This document shows, piece after piece, positions 10,781 through 20,098 of a stretch of DNA of 53,542 nt (the stretch's first letter is position 1; every line of letters starts with the position of its first letter). The stretch is from Actinomycetota bacterium (GTDB lineage Bacteria; Actinomycetota; Acidimicrobiia; Acidimicrobiales; AC-14), in NCBI GenBank assembly GCA_005888325.1, contig VAWU01000030.1:80349-133890 (forward strand), in the 5' to 3' direction. A program made the translations under genes and the position numbers. The notes beneath the pieces were generated by a model. The model ran no database searches. It worked only from the letters and a program-made list of their open reading frames with translations, and had not been told where the DNA came from.

Positions 10781-11191
10781 GTGGTCGACGATAGGGTGCC
10801 GAGCGTGGTGACTCTCGAGGAGGTCGCTCGGCTCGCATTGGCGTTGCCCGAGGTCACTGAGGGCGAGCGCCGCGGCACGCGGACCTGGAACGTCGCCGGC
10901 AAGGCCTTCGCTTGGGAGAGACCTTTCAGCAAGGCCGACATCAAGCGGTTCGGCGACCAGACTCCGCCGGATGGGCCGATCCTCGCCGTTCGGGTCGAGG
11001 ACCTCGGCGAGAAGGAGGCCGTGCTCGCGGCAAGTCCCAGGGGCTTCTTCACGATCCCTCACTTCGACGGTTACGCCGCAGTGCTCGTTCAGCTGAAGAC
11101 CGTCACCAAGCGGCCGCTGCGCGAGGCGCTCGTCGACGCCTGGCTGGCGTGCGCGCCACCCGACCTCGCCATGAAGTACCTCGAGCGATAG
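10781..11191 (+). CDS. MmcQ/YjbR family DNA-binding protein
   Basis: The 136-aa ORF has the characteristic LEEVARLALALPEVTEG...HFDGYAAVLVQL layout. Confidence 0.55.
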   Translation: MVDDRVPSVVTLEEVARLALALPEVTEGERRGTRTWNVAGKAFAWERPFSKADIKRFGDQTPPDGPILAVRVEDLGEKEAVLAASPRGFFTIPHFDGYAAVLVQLKTVTKRPLREALVDAWLACAPPDLAMKYLER

Positions 11192-12213
11192 TGCGCTCAC
11201 AGCCTGCGCGACTCGCCGAGGCCGACCTCGTCGCGGCCCTCGAGCGCGGTTGGGACATCCCGGCGACCGCCGTGTCGTATTTCGCCGTGGGTGCCGGCAG
11301 TCATCACTGGCGGGTGGAAGATCGCCACCACCAGGCGTGGTTCGTCACCGTCGACGACCTGGATGGGCGGCGCTCCGGCCCCCGAGAGTCGCGGGCCGAC
11401 GTGTTCGATCGTCTGGTGGCGGCGCTCGCCACCGCGCACGCGCTCAAAGCCGACGGCGCCGACTACGTCGTTGCACCGATCGCGGAGCGGACCGGCGGCG
11501 TGCTCCATCGTCTCGGCGACGAGTGGGCACTTGCCGTCTATCCGATGATCGATGGCGAGACGTTCCGCGGCGGCCAGGCCCTGCCGGTTGCCGACCGGCT
11601 GGCCGTGGTCGATGTGATCGCTCGACTCCACACCGCATCGCTGCCGACTCCGTTGCACGCCCGATCCGACGACTATCAGCTGCAGAACCGGGCCGATCTC
11701 GAAGCCGCGATCGCAGACCCCGACGGGCACGCCGATGCCGGCCCGTACTCGCGGCCCCTGGCCGGCCTCCTGGCGGAGCATCGACAGCTGATCGTCGACA
11801 TGCTCGCGGAGTACGACGACCTGGCGGGCGCGGCGCGAGCACACAACGATCGCACCGTCTTGACGCACGGAGAACCGCACGCCGGCAACAGCGTGCGCAC
11901 GCCGAGCGGTTGGATGCTGGTCGACTGGGACACCGCCCTCCTCGCCGCACCAGAACGCGACATGTGGCTCCTCGAACCAGGAGACGGACTGGCCAGCGCC
12001 GCCTACGCCGCGGCAACCGGGGTCGAGGTCCTGCCGGATCGACTCGCGCTGTTCCGGCTCCGCTGGGACCTCGCCGATCTCGGTGTCGACCTCGCACGCC
12101 TCTGCGCTCCACATGCGAACAACGCGGACGACGCCCGATCGTGGGACGGCATCTCCCACGTACTCACCCGCCGGCGCTCCGGCGACGCCGTCCCCCGCGC
12201 TGCCTGGAGATGA
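11191..12213 (+). CDS. aminoglycoside/phosphotransferase (APH) family kinase
   Basis: The GTG start overlaps the upstream stop (taGTG). The Brenner-like motif HGEPHAGNSV and DWDTALLAAPERDMW (DxD) are typical of the phosphotransferase enzyme family. Confidence 0.65.
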   Translation: MRSQPARLAEADLVAALERGWDIPATAVSYFAVGAGSHHWRVEDRHHQAWFVTVDDLDGRRSGPRESRADVFDRLVAALATAHALKADGADYVVAPIAERTGGVLHRLGDEWALAVYPMIDGETFRGGQALPVADRLAVVDVIARLHTASLPTPLHARSDDYQLQNRADLEAAIADPDGHADAGPYSRPLAGLLAEHRQLIVDMLAEYDDLAGAARAHNDRTVLTHGEPHAGNSVRTPSGWMLVDWDTALLAAPERDMWLLEPGDGLASAAYAAATGVEVLPDRLALFRLRWDLADLGVDLARLCAPHANNADDARSWDGISHVLTRRRSGDAVPRAAWR

Positions 12214-12268
12214 CACCCTGGCTGCCGCGGCCGAGACGCCCGCTCGGACGCGCTTGACGAACGTAGAT

Positions 12269-12301
12269 GTAAGTCGTAACTTACCGTAAGTGGCTACTTA
12301 C
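12269..12301. promoter_or_regulatory. AT-rich double palindrome (GTAAGT-N4-ACTTAC, twice), a candidate ArsR/SmtB autoregulatory operator
   Basis: GTAAGTcgtaACTTAC lies at 12269-12284 and GTAAGTggctACTTAC at 12286-12301. This is the only AT-rich island in the region. The second palindrome overlaps the GTG start of the ArsR-family gene. Confidence 0.55.
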
Positions 12302-12637
12302 CAGAAGGCGCTTACGGCGCTTGCCGACCCAACCAGGCGGAGCATCTTCGAACGCCTGGCCGCCGGCCCTCGGCCTGTCGTCGAGCTCGCCCGGGGGCTC
12401 CCGGTGAGTCGCCCCGCGGTCTCCCAGCATCTGCGGGTGCTGAAAGGGGCCGGTCTCGTGGTCGACCGGCAGGCCGGTGCCCGCCGGCTCTATCAACTCA
12501 ACCCGGACGGGTTGGGCGCGCTGCGCGCCTACCTGGACCGGTTCTGGGATCAGGCGCTGGCCGCCTTCAAGGCGGCGGCAGAGGCCGAAGAAGCAGAGGC
12601 CGAACAAGCAGAGAGCGAACAAGGAGAAGGGACATGA
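12290..12637 (+). CDS. ArsR/SmtB family transcriptional regulator
   Basis: A winged HTH (LADPTRRSIFERLAAGPRPVVELARGLPVSRPAVSQHLRVLKGAGLV) is followed by an acidic Ala/Glu-rich tail. Confidence 0.8.
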   Translation: MATYQKALTALADPTRRSIFERLAAGPRPVVELARGLPVSRPAVSQHLRVLKGAGLVVDRQAGARRLYQLNPDGLGALRAYLDRFWDQALAAFKAAAEAEEAEAEQAESEQGEGT

Positions 12638-13101
12638 CCGTGACCGATCGGGCCGTTCACAAGCGCGTGACCGTCGAGGCGTCGATGGACAAGGCCTTCC
12701 GTGTGTTCACCGAGGGCATCGATCGGTGGTGGTCGCGCGAGCACCACATCGGGAAGGCCGACCTCGAGCGGGCCGTGCTCGAGCCTCGGGAGGGCGGTCG
12801 CTGGTACGAGATCGGCGTCGACGGGACTGAGTGCGAGTGGGGACGCGTCCTGCACTGGGAGCCACCGAGCCGGCTCGTGCTCGCCTGGCAAATCGACGGA
12901 AGCTGGACCTTCGACCCGACCCTCGTGACGGAGGTCGAGGTGCGCTTCGTGGCCGAGACGCCGAGCCGCACCCGGGTCGAGCTCGAACACCGCGATCTGG
13001 AGCGCTTCGGTGATGCGCAGGAGCCGGTCCGCGCCGCGTTCGACTCACCCGGCGGCTGGCAGGGTCTGCTCGACGGCTTTGCGCGAGCGACGGCCGCGTA
13101 G
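12634..13101 (+). CDS. SRPBCC (AHSA1/Aha1-like) domain protein
   Basis: The start overlaps the ArsR stop by 4 nt. The motif FRVFTEGIDRWW... places it in this family. An ArsR-SRPBCC pair is a common arrangement. Confidence 0.65.
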   Translation: MTVTDRAVHKRVTVEASMDKAFRVFTEGIDRWWSREHHIGKADLERAVLEPREGGRWYEIGVDGTECEWGRVLHWEPPSRLVLAWQIDGSWTFDPTLVTEVEVRFVAETPSRTRVELEHRDLERFGDAQEPVRAAFDSPGGWQGLLDGFARATAA

Positions 13102-13199
13102 GCCGTCGACGGCACTCGGCGCTCGGCGCTCGACGCTTGCCTCGCCGGCCCGTCGAGGCAGATCTTCTCTACTTGTCGGTGCAGCGCTAGAAAGACGAC

Positions 13200-14075
13200 A
13201 TGCAGATCGGAGTCGTGTTCCCTCAGACCGAGATCGGAGCCGCGGTCGAGGGTGTGCGCGCGTACGGGTTGCGGGTCGAGGAGCTCGGGTTCGCGCACGT
13301 GCTCGTGTACGATCACGTGCTCGGCGCCGATCCAGAGGTGCACAAGCCGTGGAACGGCCCGTACAACGTGCACACGACGTTCCACGAACCGTTCGTGCTG
13401 TTCGGCTACTACGCCGCGATCACGTCGCTCGAGTTGGTGACCGGCATCATCATCCTTCCCCAGCGCCAAACCGCGCTCGTGGCCAAGCAGGCGGCGGAGG
13501 TGGATCTGCTGACCAACGGCAAGTTCCGGCTCGGCGTCGGCCTCGGCTGGAACGCCGTCGAATACGAGGCGCTCGGCAAGGAGTTCACCAACCGCGGCGT
13601 ACGGATGGAGGAGCAGATCGCGTTGCTCCGCCGCCTGTGGACCGAGCCGGCGGTGACGCATGACGGTGCCTTCGAGCGAGTGACCGCGGCCGGCATCGCT
13701 CCGTTGCCGGTCCAGCGACCGATCCCGACCTGGCTCGGCGCGCAGTCGAAGCGCGCCTACGAGCGCGTCGGTCGACTCGCCGACGGCTGGTTCCCGCAGG
13801 TGCCTCCCGGCCCGAAGCTCGACGAGGCCCGAGCCATCGTCGACCAGGCCGCGCGCGACGCGGGCCGGGATCCATCCACGCTCGGGATGGAAGGACGGGT
13901 CAGCTGGACCGACGCGGGACTGGAGAAGGTCGTCGAGCAAGTCGGCAGGTGGCGCGACGCGGGCGCGACGCACGTGTCGATCAACACCATGAATGCCGGC
14001 CTCGGCTCGGTCGACGGCCATCTCGAGGCGCTGGCGACCACCGCGCGCGCCCTCGAGCTCCTGAGCTCCGTCTAG
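13200..14075 (+). CDS. LLM-class F420-dependent oxidoreductase (luciferase-like)
   Basis: The ORF has an RBS (agaaagacgac). Motifs such as GFAHVLVYDH...LGVGLGWNAVEYEALG are luciferase-like. Confidence 0.7.
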   Translation: MQIGVVFPQTEIGAAVEGVRAYGLRVEELGFAHVLVYDHVLGADPEVHKPWNGPYNVHTTFHEPFVLFGYYAAITSLELVTGIIILPQRQTALVAKQAAEVDLLTNGKFRLGVGLGWNAVEYEALGKEFTNRGVRMEEQIALLRRLWTEPAVTHDGAFERVTAAGIAPLPVQRPIPTWLGAQSKRAYERVGRLADGWFPQVPPGPKLDEARAIVDQAARDAGRDPSTLGMEGRVSWTDAGLEKVVEQVGRWRDAGATHVSINTMNAGLGSVDGHLEALATTARALELLSSV

Positions 14076-14112
14076 TCCGTCGTTCCGGTCGTCCGAGTCG
14101 TCGAGGCGCTCG

Positions 14113-15105
14113 TCACTGCAGACTCGGGCGGCGAGGCTCGAGCCCGGCAGCGCGGTACGCGGCGTCGATCACCCGCATGTTGGCGATCGAGTCGGCGGGA
14201 CCGGTGAGGATCGGCTCCCCGCGGAGCACCGCGCCGGCAAAGGCGCGCAGCTGGAACATGTATGTCGGCTCCCGCGAGGCGCGCGGCTCGGTGCGCTTCT
14301 TGCCGTTGGTGCTGACGGTCACGCGGCTGAAGTAGTGCGGCGCGTAGGGATTCAAGACTCGCAACTCGCCCTTGTCACCCTCGACGCGGGCGCCGAGCGA
14401 CAACAGCCTCGGCGACAGCATCGACGCGGTCACCTTGCCCGTCGCCCCGCCGGCGAAGCGCATGTCGGCTTCCATCCATCTGTCGATCCCGATCGAGCGC
14501 TCGCGGGCGGAGGCTCCGACGACCGTTGGCTCCTCACCGGCGAGGGTGCGCAACAGGTGGATCGTGTAACACCCGACGTCCATGGTCGACCCGCCCGCGA
14601 GGTCGAGCTGCCAGCGGATGTCGCGGCGCGACGGCAACGGAATGATCATCCACGTCTCGACGTGGCGGACCGTGCCCAGCTCGGCGCGAACGATCTCGAG
14701 GATGCGGTCGATCAACGGGTGGTATCGGTAGTGGAACGCCTCCATCACGACGCGTCGGGAGCGGTCGGCCACGGCCGCGACCGCCTCGGCCTCGTCGGCG
14801 TTCGCGGTGAACGGCTTCTCGCAGAGCACGTGCTTGCCCGCCTCGAGCGCGGCGATCGTCCACCTGCCGTGCAGCCCGTTCGGCAGCGGGTTGTAGATCG
14901 CGTCGATGCTCGGGTCGTCGATCAGGGCCTGATAGCCGTCGTGCACGTTGGGGATCCCGTGCTTGGCGGCGAAGCTCTCGGCCTTCGCCCGATCGCGCGC
15001 CGCGATCGCACGGACGTCGATCTCGTCGAGCTTGCGGGCGGGCTTGATCAGCGCCGCCGGCGCGATCTTCGCGGCGCCGAGCACGCCGATCCGCACAGGT
15101 GCCAT
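14113..15105 (-). CDS. Gfo/Idh/MocA family oxidoreductase
   Basis: An internal ATG at 15105 gives MAPVRIGVLGAAKIA (Rossmann) ...EKPFTANADEAEAV. The listed ORF carries a spurious N-terminal extension. Confidence 0.7.
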   Translation of the reverse strand: MAPVRIGVLGAAKIAPAALIKPARKLDEIDVRAIAARDRAKAESFAAKHGIPNVHDGYQALIDDPSIDAIYNPLPNGLHGRWTIAALEAGKHVLCEKPFTANADEAEAVAAVADRSRRVVMEAFHYRYHPLIDRILEIVRAELGTVRHVETWMIIPLPSRRDIRWQLDLAGGSTMDVGCYTIHLLRTLAGEEPTVVGASARERSIGIDRWMEADMRFAGGATGKVTASMLSPRLLSLGARVEGDKGELRVLNPYAPHYFSRVTVSTNGKKRTEPRASREPTYMFQLRAFAGAVLRGEPILTGPADSIANMRVIDAAYRAAGLEPRRPSLQ

Positions 15106-15198
15106 CGGCCCATCCTGCCTCAAGCGCCGGCGATGAGTCCTGGTCGCTCGAGCCGTCAGATGGGAGAGACTCACCTCATCCACTCCCTGGAGGAACCG

Positions 15199-15621
15199 AT
15201 GCCCTTTCACCCGTACCTGTACTTCGGTGGCAACTGTCGCGAGGCCTTCACCCGGTACCAGGAGATCTTCGGTGGCGATCTCGTGCTGCTGGCGCTGAAG
15301 GACGCGCCATCGGACGAGCCGGTGCCCGCCGCTCAGGCGGATCTGATCATGCACGCCGCGTTGAAGTTCGACGACAACCTGCTCATGGCCTCCGACGACC
15401 CGACCACCGACAGCTTCGGCCCGGTGCAGGGGATGCAGGTCAACTATGCAGTCGCCGACGTCGACGAGGCGAAGCGGGCTTTCGAGGCGCTCGCGGACGG
15501 CGGCGAGATCACGCTGCCGATCGGCGCGACGTTCTGGTCGCCGATGTTCGGCATGTGCGTCGACCGGTTCGGGACGCCCTGGATGGTCAGCGCCGAAGCA
15601 CCCGGCGAAACCGTCGGCTGA
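15199..15621 (+). CDS. VOC/glyoxalase-fold protein (PhnB-like)
   Basis: An RBS (ggagga) precedes the ATG at 15199. The protein begins MPFHPYLYFGGNCREAF... Confidence 0.6.
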   Translation: MPFHPYLYFGGNCREAFTRYQEIFGGDLVLLALKDAPSDEPVPAAQADLIMHAALKFDDNLLMASDDPTTDSFGPVQGMQVNYAVADVDEAKRAFEALADGGEITLPIGATFWSPMFGMCVDRFGTPWMVSAEAPGETVG

Positions 15622-15706
15622 CCGTCTCAGGTTGGCGGCCCGCGTCGATAGAATTGTGCCGAGAACGCGACGGAAGCCCGCGATCTGAACGACGACGGAG
15701 GGGCTG

Positions 15707-16126
15707 TTGAGCTGCAGGAACTGCGGAGGCGAGTTCTCCGCGGAACGGGCCGAGCTGGGATACGACTACTGCACGAAGCCGGAATGCGTCGAAGCGTGCC
15801 TGGAGCCGCTGAACGTCGTGGCGGTGTCGGTCAACAAGGCGGCCGACCAGTACGTCCTCCGCGAGCATCTCCGCCTGCCGAAGCACATCACGGAGAGCTC
15901 GATCGACGCGGGGCCGGGCTCGCTCGGCCTTCGCTTCAGGAAGCCGACGACACCGCGGCGGCCCAGGAGCACCTCGGACGCCATCGCCGAGCTCGAGAGA
16001 GAGCTCGAGACGCAGCTCGCCGGTGAGCACGATCCCGCGCGGCGACGGAAGCTGGTGAACGACCACAACGCCAAGCTCCGCAGGCTCAACATTCGCTACC
16101 GCCGGATCGCCCAGCGCCGACCGTAA
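15707..16126 (+). CDS. hypothetical protein with an N-terminal CxxC...CxxxxC zinc ribbon and a basic C-terminus
   Basis: Start is TTG, RBS ggagggg; the protein begins SCRNCGG...CTKPECVEAC. Third codon positions are GC-rich. Confidence 0.45.
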   Translation: MSCRNCGGEFSAERAELGYDYCTKPECVEACLEPLNVVAVSVNKAADQYVLREHLRLPKHITESSIDAGPGSLGLRFRKPTTPRRPRSTSDAIAELERELETQLAGEHDPARRRKLVNDHNAKLRRLNIRYRRIAQRRP

Positions 16127-16187
16127 AGATCGCCCCGACCCGATCCCGGCGCTGCCCTCGCCACGTGACCGGAACGGGATCTACGGT

Positions 16188-16604
16188 GTGCTCATGCGGT
16201 TCAACCACATGGAGCTCACCTTCGAGCGGGGAACGCTGACCGACGAGTTCCGGGAGGAGGTCGACGCCTTCTACGGCTCCGTGTTCGGCTGGAAGGCAAC
16301 CGACACCGAGGTCGTGGGCCAGCTCTGCCACATCCTGCTCCCCGACGCCGACCAGTTCATCCTGCTGGCCGAAAGTGGCAAGCCGATGAGCTCACCGGGT
16401 TTCGATCACCTCGGGTTGCTCCAGGACACCCGAGCCGAGGTCGACGATCTCCTCGAGGCATGCAAGCGCTACCGGGACAAGGACGACCGCGTTCAGATCC
16501 AGGAGTACGAGGACCTGGTGTACCCGCAACTCACCGTGCATGCGTTCTACGTGAAGTACCTGCTACCGATCTACTTCGACGTCCAGTCGATGGAGCGGTC
16601 CTAG
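16188..16604 (+). CDS. VOC family protein
   Basis: The glyoxalase-like fold shows in HMELTFERG...GFDHLGL. Confidence 0.5.
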   Translation: MLMRFNHMELTFERGTLTDEFREEVDAFYGSVFGWKATDTEVVGQLCHILLPDADQFILLAESGKPMSSPGFDHLGLLQDTRAEVDDLLEACKRYRDKDDRVQIQEYEDLVYPQLTVHAFYVKYLLPIYFDVQSMERS

Positions 16605-17335
16605 CGCTCAGGAGGCCGTTGTCTGAGCGACACGCGGGCTCGGATCGGCAGGTGGTCCGACTCGCCCACGCGAACGACCTCGGCATCGGTTGCGACGATC
16701 GGCGGCGTCGCGAGCAGATGATCGAGCTGGAACACCGGCTGTCGGGACGGCCACGTCGGGCCGCGCACGGTGTCGCGCCAGCCTGGCACGATGAAGCGTG
16801 CCACCCACCGCCACATGTTGAAGTCGCCCATGAGCACGGCGGGGTGGTGGGTCTCCGGCAGCACGCCCCGCAGGCGCCAGCGGAGCAGCGGCGAGATGTG
16901 CTCGAGGTGCGGGAAGTGGGACGCGCACACCGTGAGGCTCGCGCCGTCGAGCTCGATGTCGGTCGTCATGACCGCGCGGTCGTTGGGATCGAAGAGGAAC
17001 CCGTCCAGCCGGTGCTCGATCACCGGCCCCCGAGGCACACGCGTCAGCAGCGCTTGGCCCCAGTCGCCGGTACCGACCGGATCGCCGGTGTGCCCGACGG
17101 TGCGGCACGTCGGCTCCACGACCGCGCGGCCGGTCCACATCTCGTGGATCTCGTAGCCGAGCTTGTCGGCCACCTCCTCGGGGACGCTCGTCTCGTGGTC
17201 GGGCCGCCACACCTCCTGCAGCGCCAGCACGTCGGCGTCGAGCCGGCGACACGCCTCGAGGACGTCGAACGGCTCGTACGAGCGCGGATGACGGCCCCAG
17301 TGGATGTTGAACGAAGCGAGAACGAGGCTCTGCAC
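16601..17335 (-). CDS. endonuclease/exonuclease/phosphatase (EEP) family protein
   Basis: Motifs LASFNIHWG, LALQEV and ESDHLPI are EEP signatures. Confidence 0.65.
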   Translation of the reverse strand: MQSLVLASFNIHWGRHPRSYEPFDVLEACRRLDADVLALQEVWRPDHETSVPEEVADKLGYEIHEMWTGRAVVEPTCRTVGHTGDPVGTGDWGQALLTRVPRGPVIEHRLDGFLFDPNDRAVMTTDIELDGASLTVCASHFPHLEHISPLLRWRLRGVLPETHHPAVLMGDFNMWRWVARFIVPGWRDTVRGPTWPSRQPVFQLDHLLATPPIVATDAEVVRVGESDHLPIRARVSLRQRPPER

Positions 17336-17392
17336 TGGCGGCTGAGGCTAGGGCGCGACCACCGGTTCGCGTCCGCAGGTGGAGCGCTTCAG

Positions 17393-18673
17393 TCAGCTGC
17401 GACCGGCGAAGTACTTGGCATAGCCGTCGGCGAGGGCACGTAGCTCCGGGTCCTTCGCGAACAGCGGCTCGAACTTCTCGCGGGCCTTCGCCCGCTTCGC
17501 CGGGAAGTACTCGGTCGGCCAGTAGCCCTCATGGGGCCGGTAGCTCTTGAGCACGTTGCGGGCGACGGTGGCCTTGTGCACTTCGTCGACGCCGTCGGCG
17601 ATGCCCATCGTCGGCGCGCCCGCGTACATCGCCTGGAGCGGCGTGAGGTTGGTGGTGCCGAGCGAGCCCAGGATGTGCAGCGCGTTGAACGACACCTCGC
17701 GCAGCACCTTCGCCATGGTGTACTTCACCGCGGCGATGTCGGTGCGTGTCTCCTGCGTGCTCGTGTTGTCGATCTTCCACGCAGTCTCGAGCACGAACAG
17801 CCGCAGCATCCGGATCGACGCGTAGGAATCGGCGATCTTCTCCTGCACCATCTGGTGATCGGCGATGATCTTGCCGTGTGACTCGCGGCTGAGCGCCCGC
17901 TCGCACATCATGTCGAAGGCCAGCTTGCACTGCGCGATCGTGCGCATCGCGTGGTGGATGCGGCCACCCCCGAGGCGCCGCTGGGCCAGCACCTTGGCGC
18001 CGTCCTCGGGTCCGAGCAGGTGGTCGGCAGGAATGCGGACGTCGCGGTAGATGATGTGGTTGTGGTTGCGCGGCTCGGGCTGGATTTCGACGCCCGGCGT
18101 CTCCCGCGGCACCACGAACATGCCGTTTGTGCACATCACGAACAGGATGTCGGCCACCCGGCCCGCGCTCGTGAACCACTTCTCGCCGTTGATGACCCAC
18201 TCGTCGCCGTCACGTGTCGCGTGCGTCCGGAACAGGTTGGGATCGGAACCGCCCTGCGGTTCGGTCATCGAGTAGGCCGACCACAGCTCCTGGTTGAGCA
18301 TGGGCTTGAGCCAGCGCTCCTTCTGCTCCTCGGTGCCGTACGCCGCGAGCATCTCCATGTTCCCCGTGTCGGGTGCCGCGGCGCCGAACATCTGCGGCGC
18401 CGACGGGTAGCGACCAAGGATCTCGTTGAGCAGCCCCAGCTTCAGCTGCCCGTAGCCCGGCCCCCCGAGCTCTTCGTCGAGGAAGATCGCCCACAGGCCC
18501 TGCGCCTTGATCTCGTCCTGCAACCGCTTCACGAGGGCCTTGATCCTCTGATCCTTCGATCGCACCGCGTAAGGGAAGACGAACTCGAGCGGCTCCACCT
18601 CCTCGCGGCAGAACTCCTCGACCCAGTCGAGCTTCTTCTGGAACTGCGGATCAGTGGAGAAGTCCCACCCCAT
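17393..18673 (-). CDS. acyl-CoA dehydrogenase family protein
   Basis: The protein is 426 aa. Motifs include SAYSMTEPQGGSDP, and an ACAD C-terminal domain is present. Confidence 0.75.
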   Translation of the reverse strand: MGWDFSTDPQFQKKLDWVEEFCREEVEPLEFVFPYAVRSKDQRIKALVKRLQDEIKAQGLWAIFLDEELGGPGYGQLKLGLLNEILGRYPSAPQMFGAAAPDTGNMEMLAAYGTEEQKERWLKPMLNQELWSAYSMTEPQGGSDPNLFRTHATRDGDEWVINGEKWFTSAGRVADILFVMCTNGMFVVPRETPGVEIQPEPRNHNHIIYRDVRIPADHLLGPEDGAKVLAQRRLGGGRIHHAMRTIAQCKLAFDMMCERALSRESHGKIIADHQMVQEKIADSYASIRMLRLFVLETAWKIDNTSTQETRTDIAAVKYTMAKVLREVSFNALHILGSLGTTNLTPLQAMYAGAPTMGIADGVDEVHKATVARNVLKSYRPHEGYWPTEYFPAKRAKAREKFEPLFAKDPELRALADGYAKYFAGRS

Positions 18674-18804
18674 CGGATGACCCCCGTGTCGGTGCGGTGC
18701 TGCGTGTGTGCCAGGTGATCTTAGGATCTCACGGCCGAGGTGAGAGTCACGGGTTCGAGCTCAGTCCCTCTGAACGACTGCGGCCTCTCCATTAGGGTCG
18801 GATC

Positions 18805-19680
18805 GTGACCGACGCGGACCCGCTCGACTTCGACGTACCACTGTCGCACCTACGACCGCAGGAGAAGGCAGCGCGCGCGGGAAGCTTCGGCGAGGCGGCC
18901 TCGCACTACGAGCGCTACCGTCCCGGACCGCCCGCTGCCGCCGTGGACTGGATCCTCCCGACGAAGGTCGGCACGGTCGTCGACCTCGGGGCCGGCACCG
19001 GAGCATTGACCAGGCTCTTGATCGGGAGGGCCGAAGAAGTGATCGCGATCGAACCGGACGACCGGATGCGGTCGGTACTCACCGCACAGGTCCCCGGCGT
19101 CCGGGCGCTGATGGGTCGCGGCGAGTCGATGCCCATCCCCGACAGGAGCGCAGACGCCGTGCTGGCCTCCTCGTCATGGCACTGGATGGATCCGGTCCCG
19201 ACCCTCCACGAAGTGGGCCGCATCCTGGTGCCGGGCGGCATCCTCGGCGCCCTGTGGTCGGGGCCCGACCCCGAGGGCCCGTTCGTCGTCCAGGCGCAGG
19301 CGCTTCTCGCCGAACAGTCGCGGGCCGGCGCCAGCGTGGCAGCGGGTGACGAGCGCGACCCGCGCGAAAGCGGGGTCGCGGGCCTCATCATGGGTGACGC
19401 GCGTCGCCCTCTACCGAGTCTCGAGATCCCTCCCGGAGTCCCGTTCGACCAGCCCGAGCACGAGGTGTTCACATGGGATGTCGCGCTCGACGCCGACGAG
19501 CTGATCGGTCTGCTGGGCACGTTCAGCTGGATCATCACCATGCCCGAGGAGACGCGCCACCGCGTGATCGCTGAGGCCCGACGACTCCTCCGGGACCTGC
19601 TGGGTGTCGAGGGCGAGGTGACCGTCGATGTGGCGTTCCGCGCGGATGCCTGGCGGTCCCGCCGAAAAGAGCCCGCCTGA
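18805..19680 (+). CDS. class I SAM-dependent methyltransferase
   Basis: Motif I is VVDLGAGTGALT and motif II is ADAVLASSSWHW. Confidence 0.65.
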   Translation: MTDADPLDFDVPLSHLRPQEKAARAGSFGEAASHYERYRPGPPAAAVDWILPTKVGTVVDLGAGTGALTRLLIGRAEEVIAIEPDDRMRSVLTAQVPGVRALMGRGESMPIPDRSADAVLASSSWHWMDPVPTLHEVGRILVPGGILGALWSGPDPEGPFVVQAQALLAEQSRAGASVAAGDERDPRESGVAGLIMGDARRPLPSLEIPPGVPFDQPEHEVFTWDVALDADELIGLLGTFSWIITMPEETRHRVIAEARRLLRDLLGVEGEVTVDVAFRADAWRSRRKEPA

Positions 19681-19741
19681 GCTGTCGATTTCGTCGCTCC
19701 TCGTTTGTCTTAGAGGTGACCATGCCGAGCAGGAGGAAGCG

Positions 19742-20098
19742 ATGAAGTACATGATGCTGATCTATCAGGGCACGACTCCGACGCCTCCGTCGGAAGAGTG
19801 GGACAGGCTCCCGGAGGACGAGAAGAAGGCGGTGTACGCCGCGTACAAGGCGCTCAACGAGACGCCCGGCGTCACCGCCGGCCTCCAGATGCAGCCCGCC
19901 GAAACCGCGACCACGGTCCGGGTACAGGACGGCAAGACGCTGACCACCGACGGGCCGTTCGTCGAGATCAAGGAGGCGATCGGGGGGTACTTCTTCTTCG
20001 AGGCCGACGACCTCGACGCAGCGATCGAGGTCGCCTCGCGGGTCCCTGCGGCTCGCATGGGCGGCGCGATCGAGGTCCGCCCGATCGTCGCGTGGTAG
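19742..20098 (+). CDS. YciI-like (YCII-related) family protein
   Basis: The start is MKYMMLIYQG with an RBS (ggaggaagcg). Its stop overlaps the start of the sigma factor gene. Confidence 0.7.
   Translation: MKYMMLIYQGTTPTPPSEEWDRLPEDEKKAVYAAYKALNETPGVTAGLQMQPAETATTVRVQDGKTLTTDGPFVEIKEAIGGYFFFEADDLDAAIEVASRVPAARMGGAIEVRPIVAW

Noticed and set aside
14335-15621. 428-aa plus-strand ORF
   Set aside because: Only the last 140 codons (15199-15621, the VOC protein with its RBS) are coding. The rest is antisense to the Gfo/Idh/MocA gene.
18715-18760. GTGATCTTAGGATCTCAC near-palindrome upstream of the divergent acyl-CoA dehydrogenase and methyltransferase genes
   Set aside because: The symmetry is imperfect (GATCttagGATC core only). 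It could be a weak operator, but there is not enough signal to call it.
18755-18800. GGTTCGAGCTC motif resembling a tRNA T-loop
   Set aside because: The flanking sequence cannot form a T-stem or acceptor stem, so no cloverleaf is possible. I found no tRNA elsewhere either. My manual scan is not exhaustive, so a tRNA search tool should confirm.
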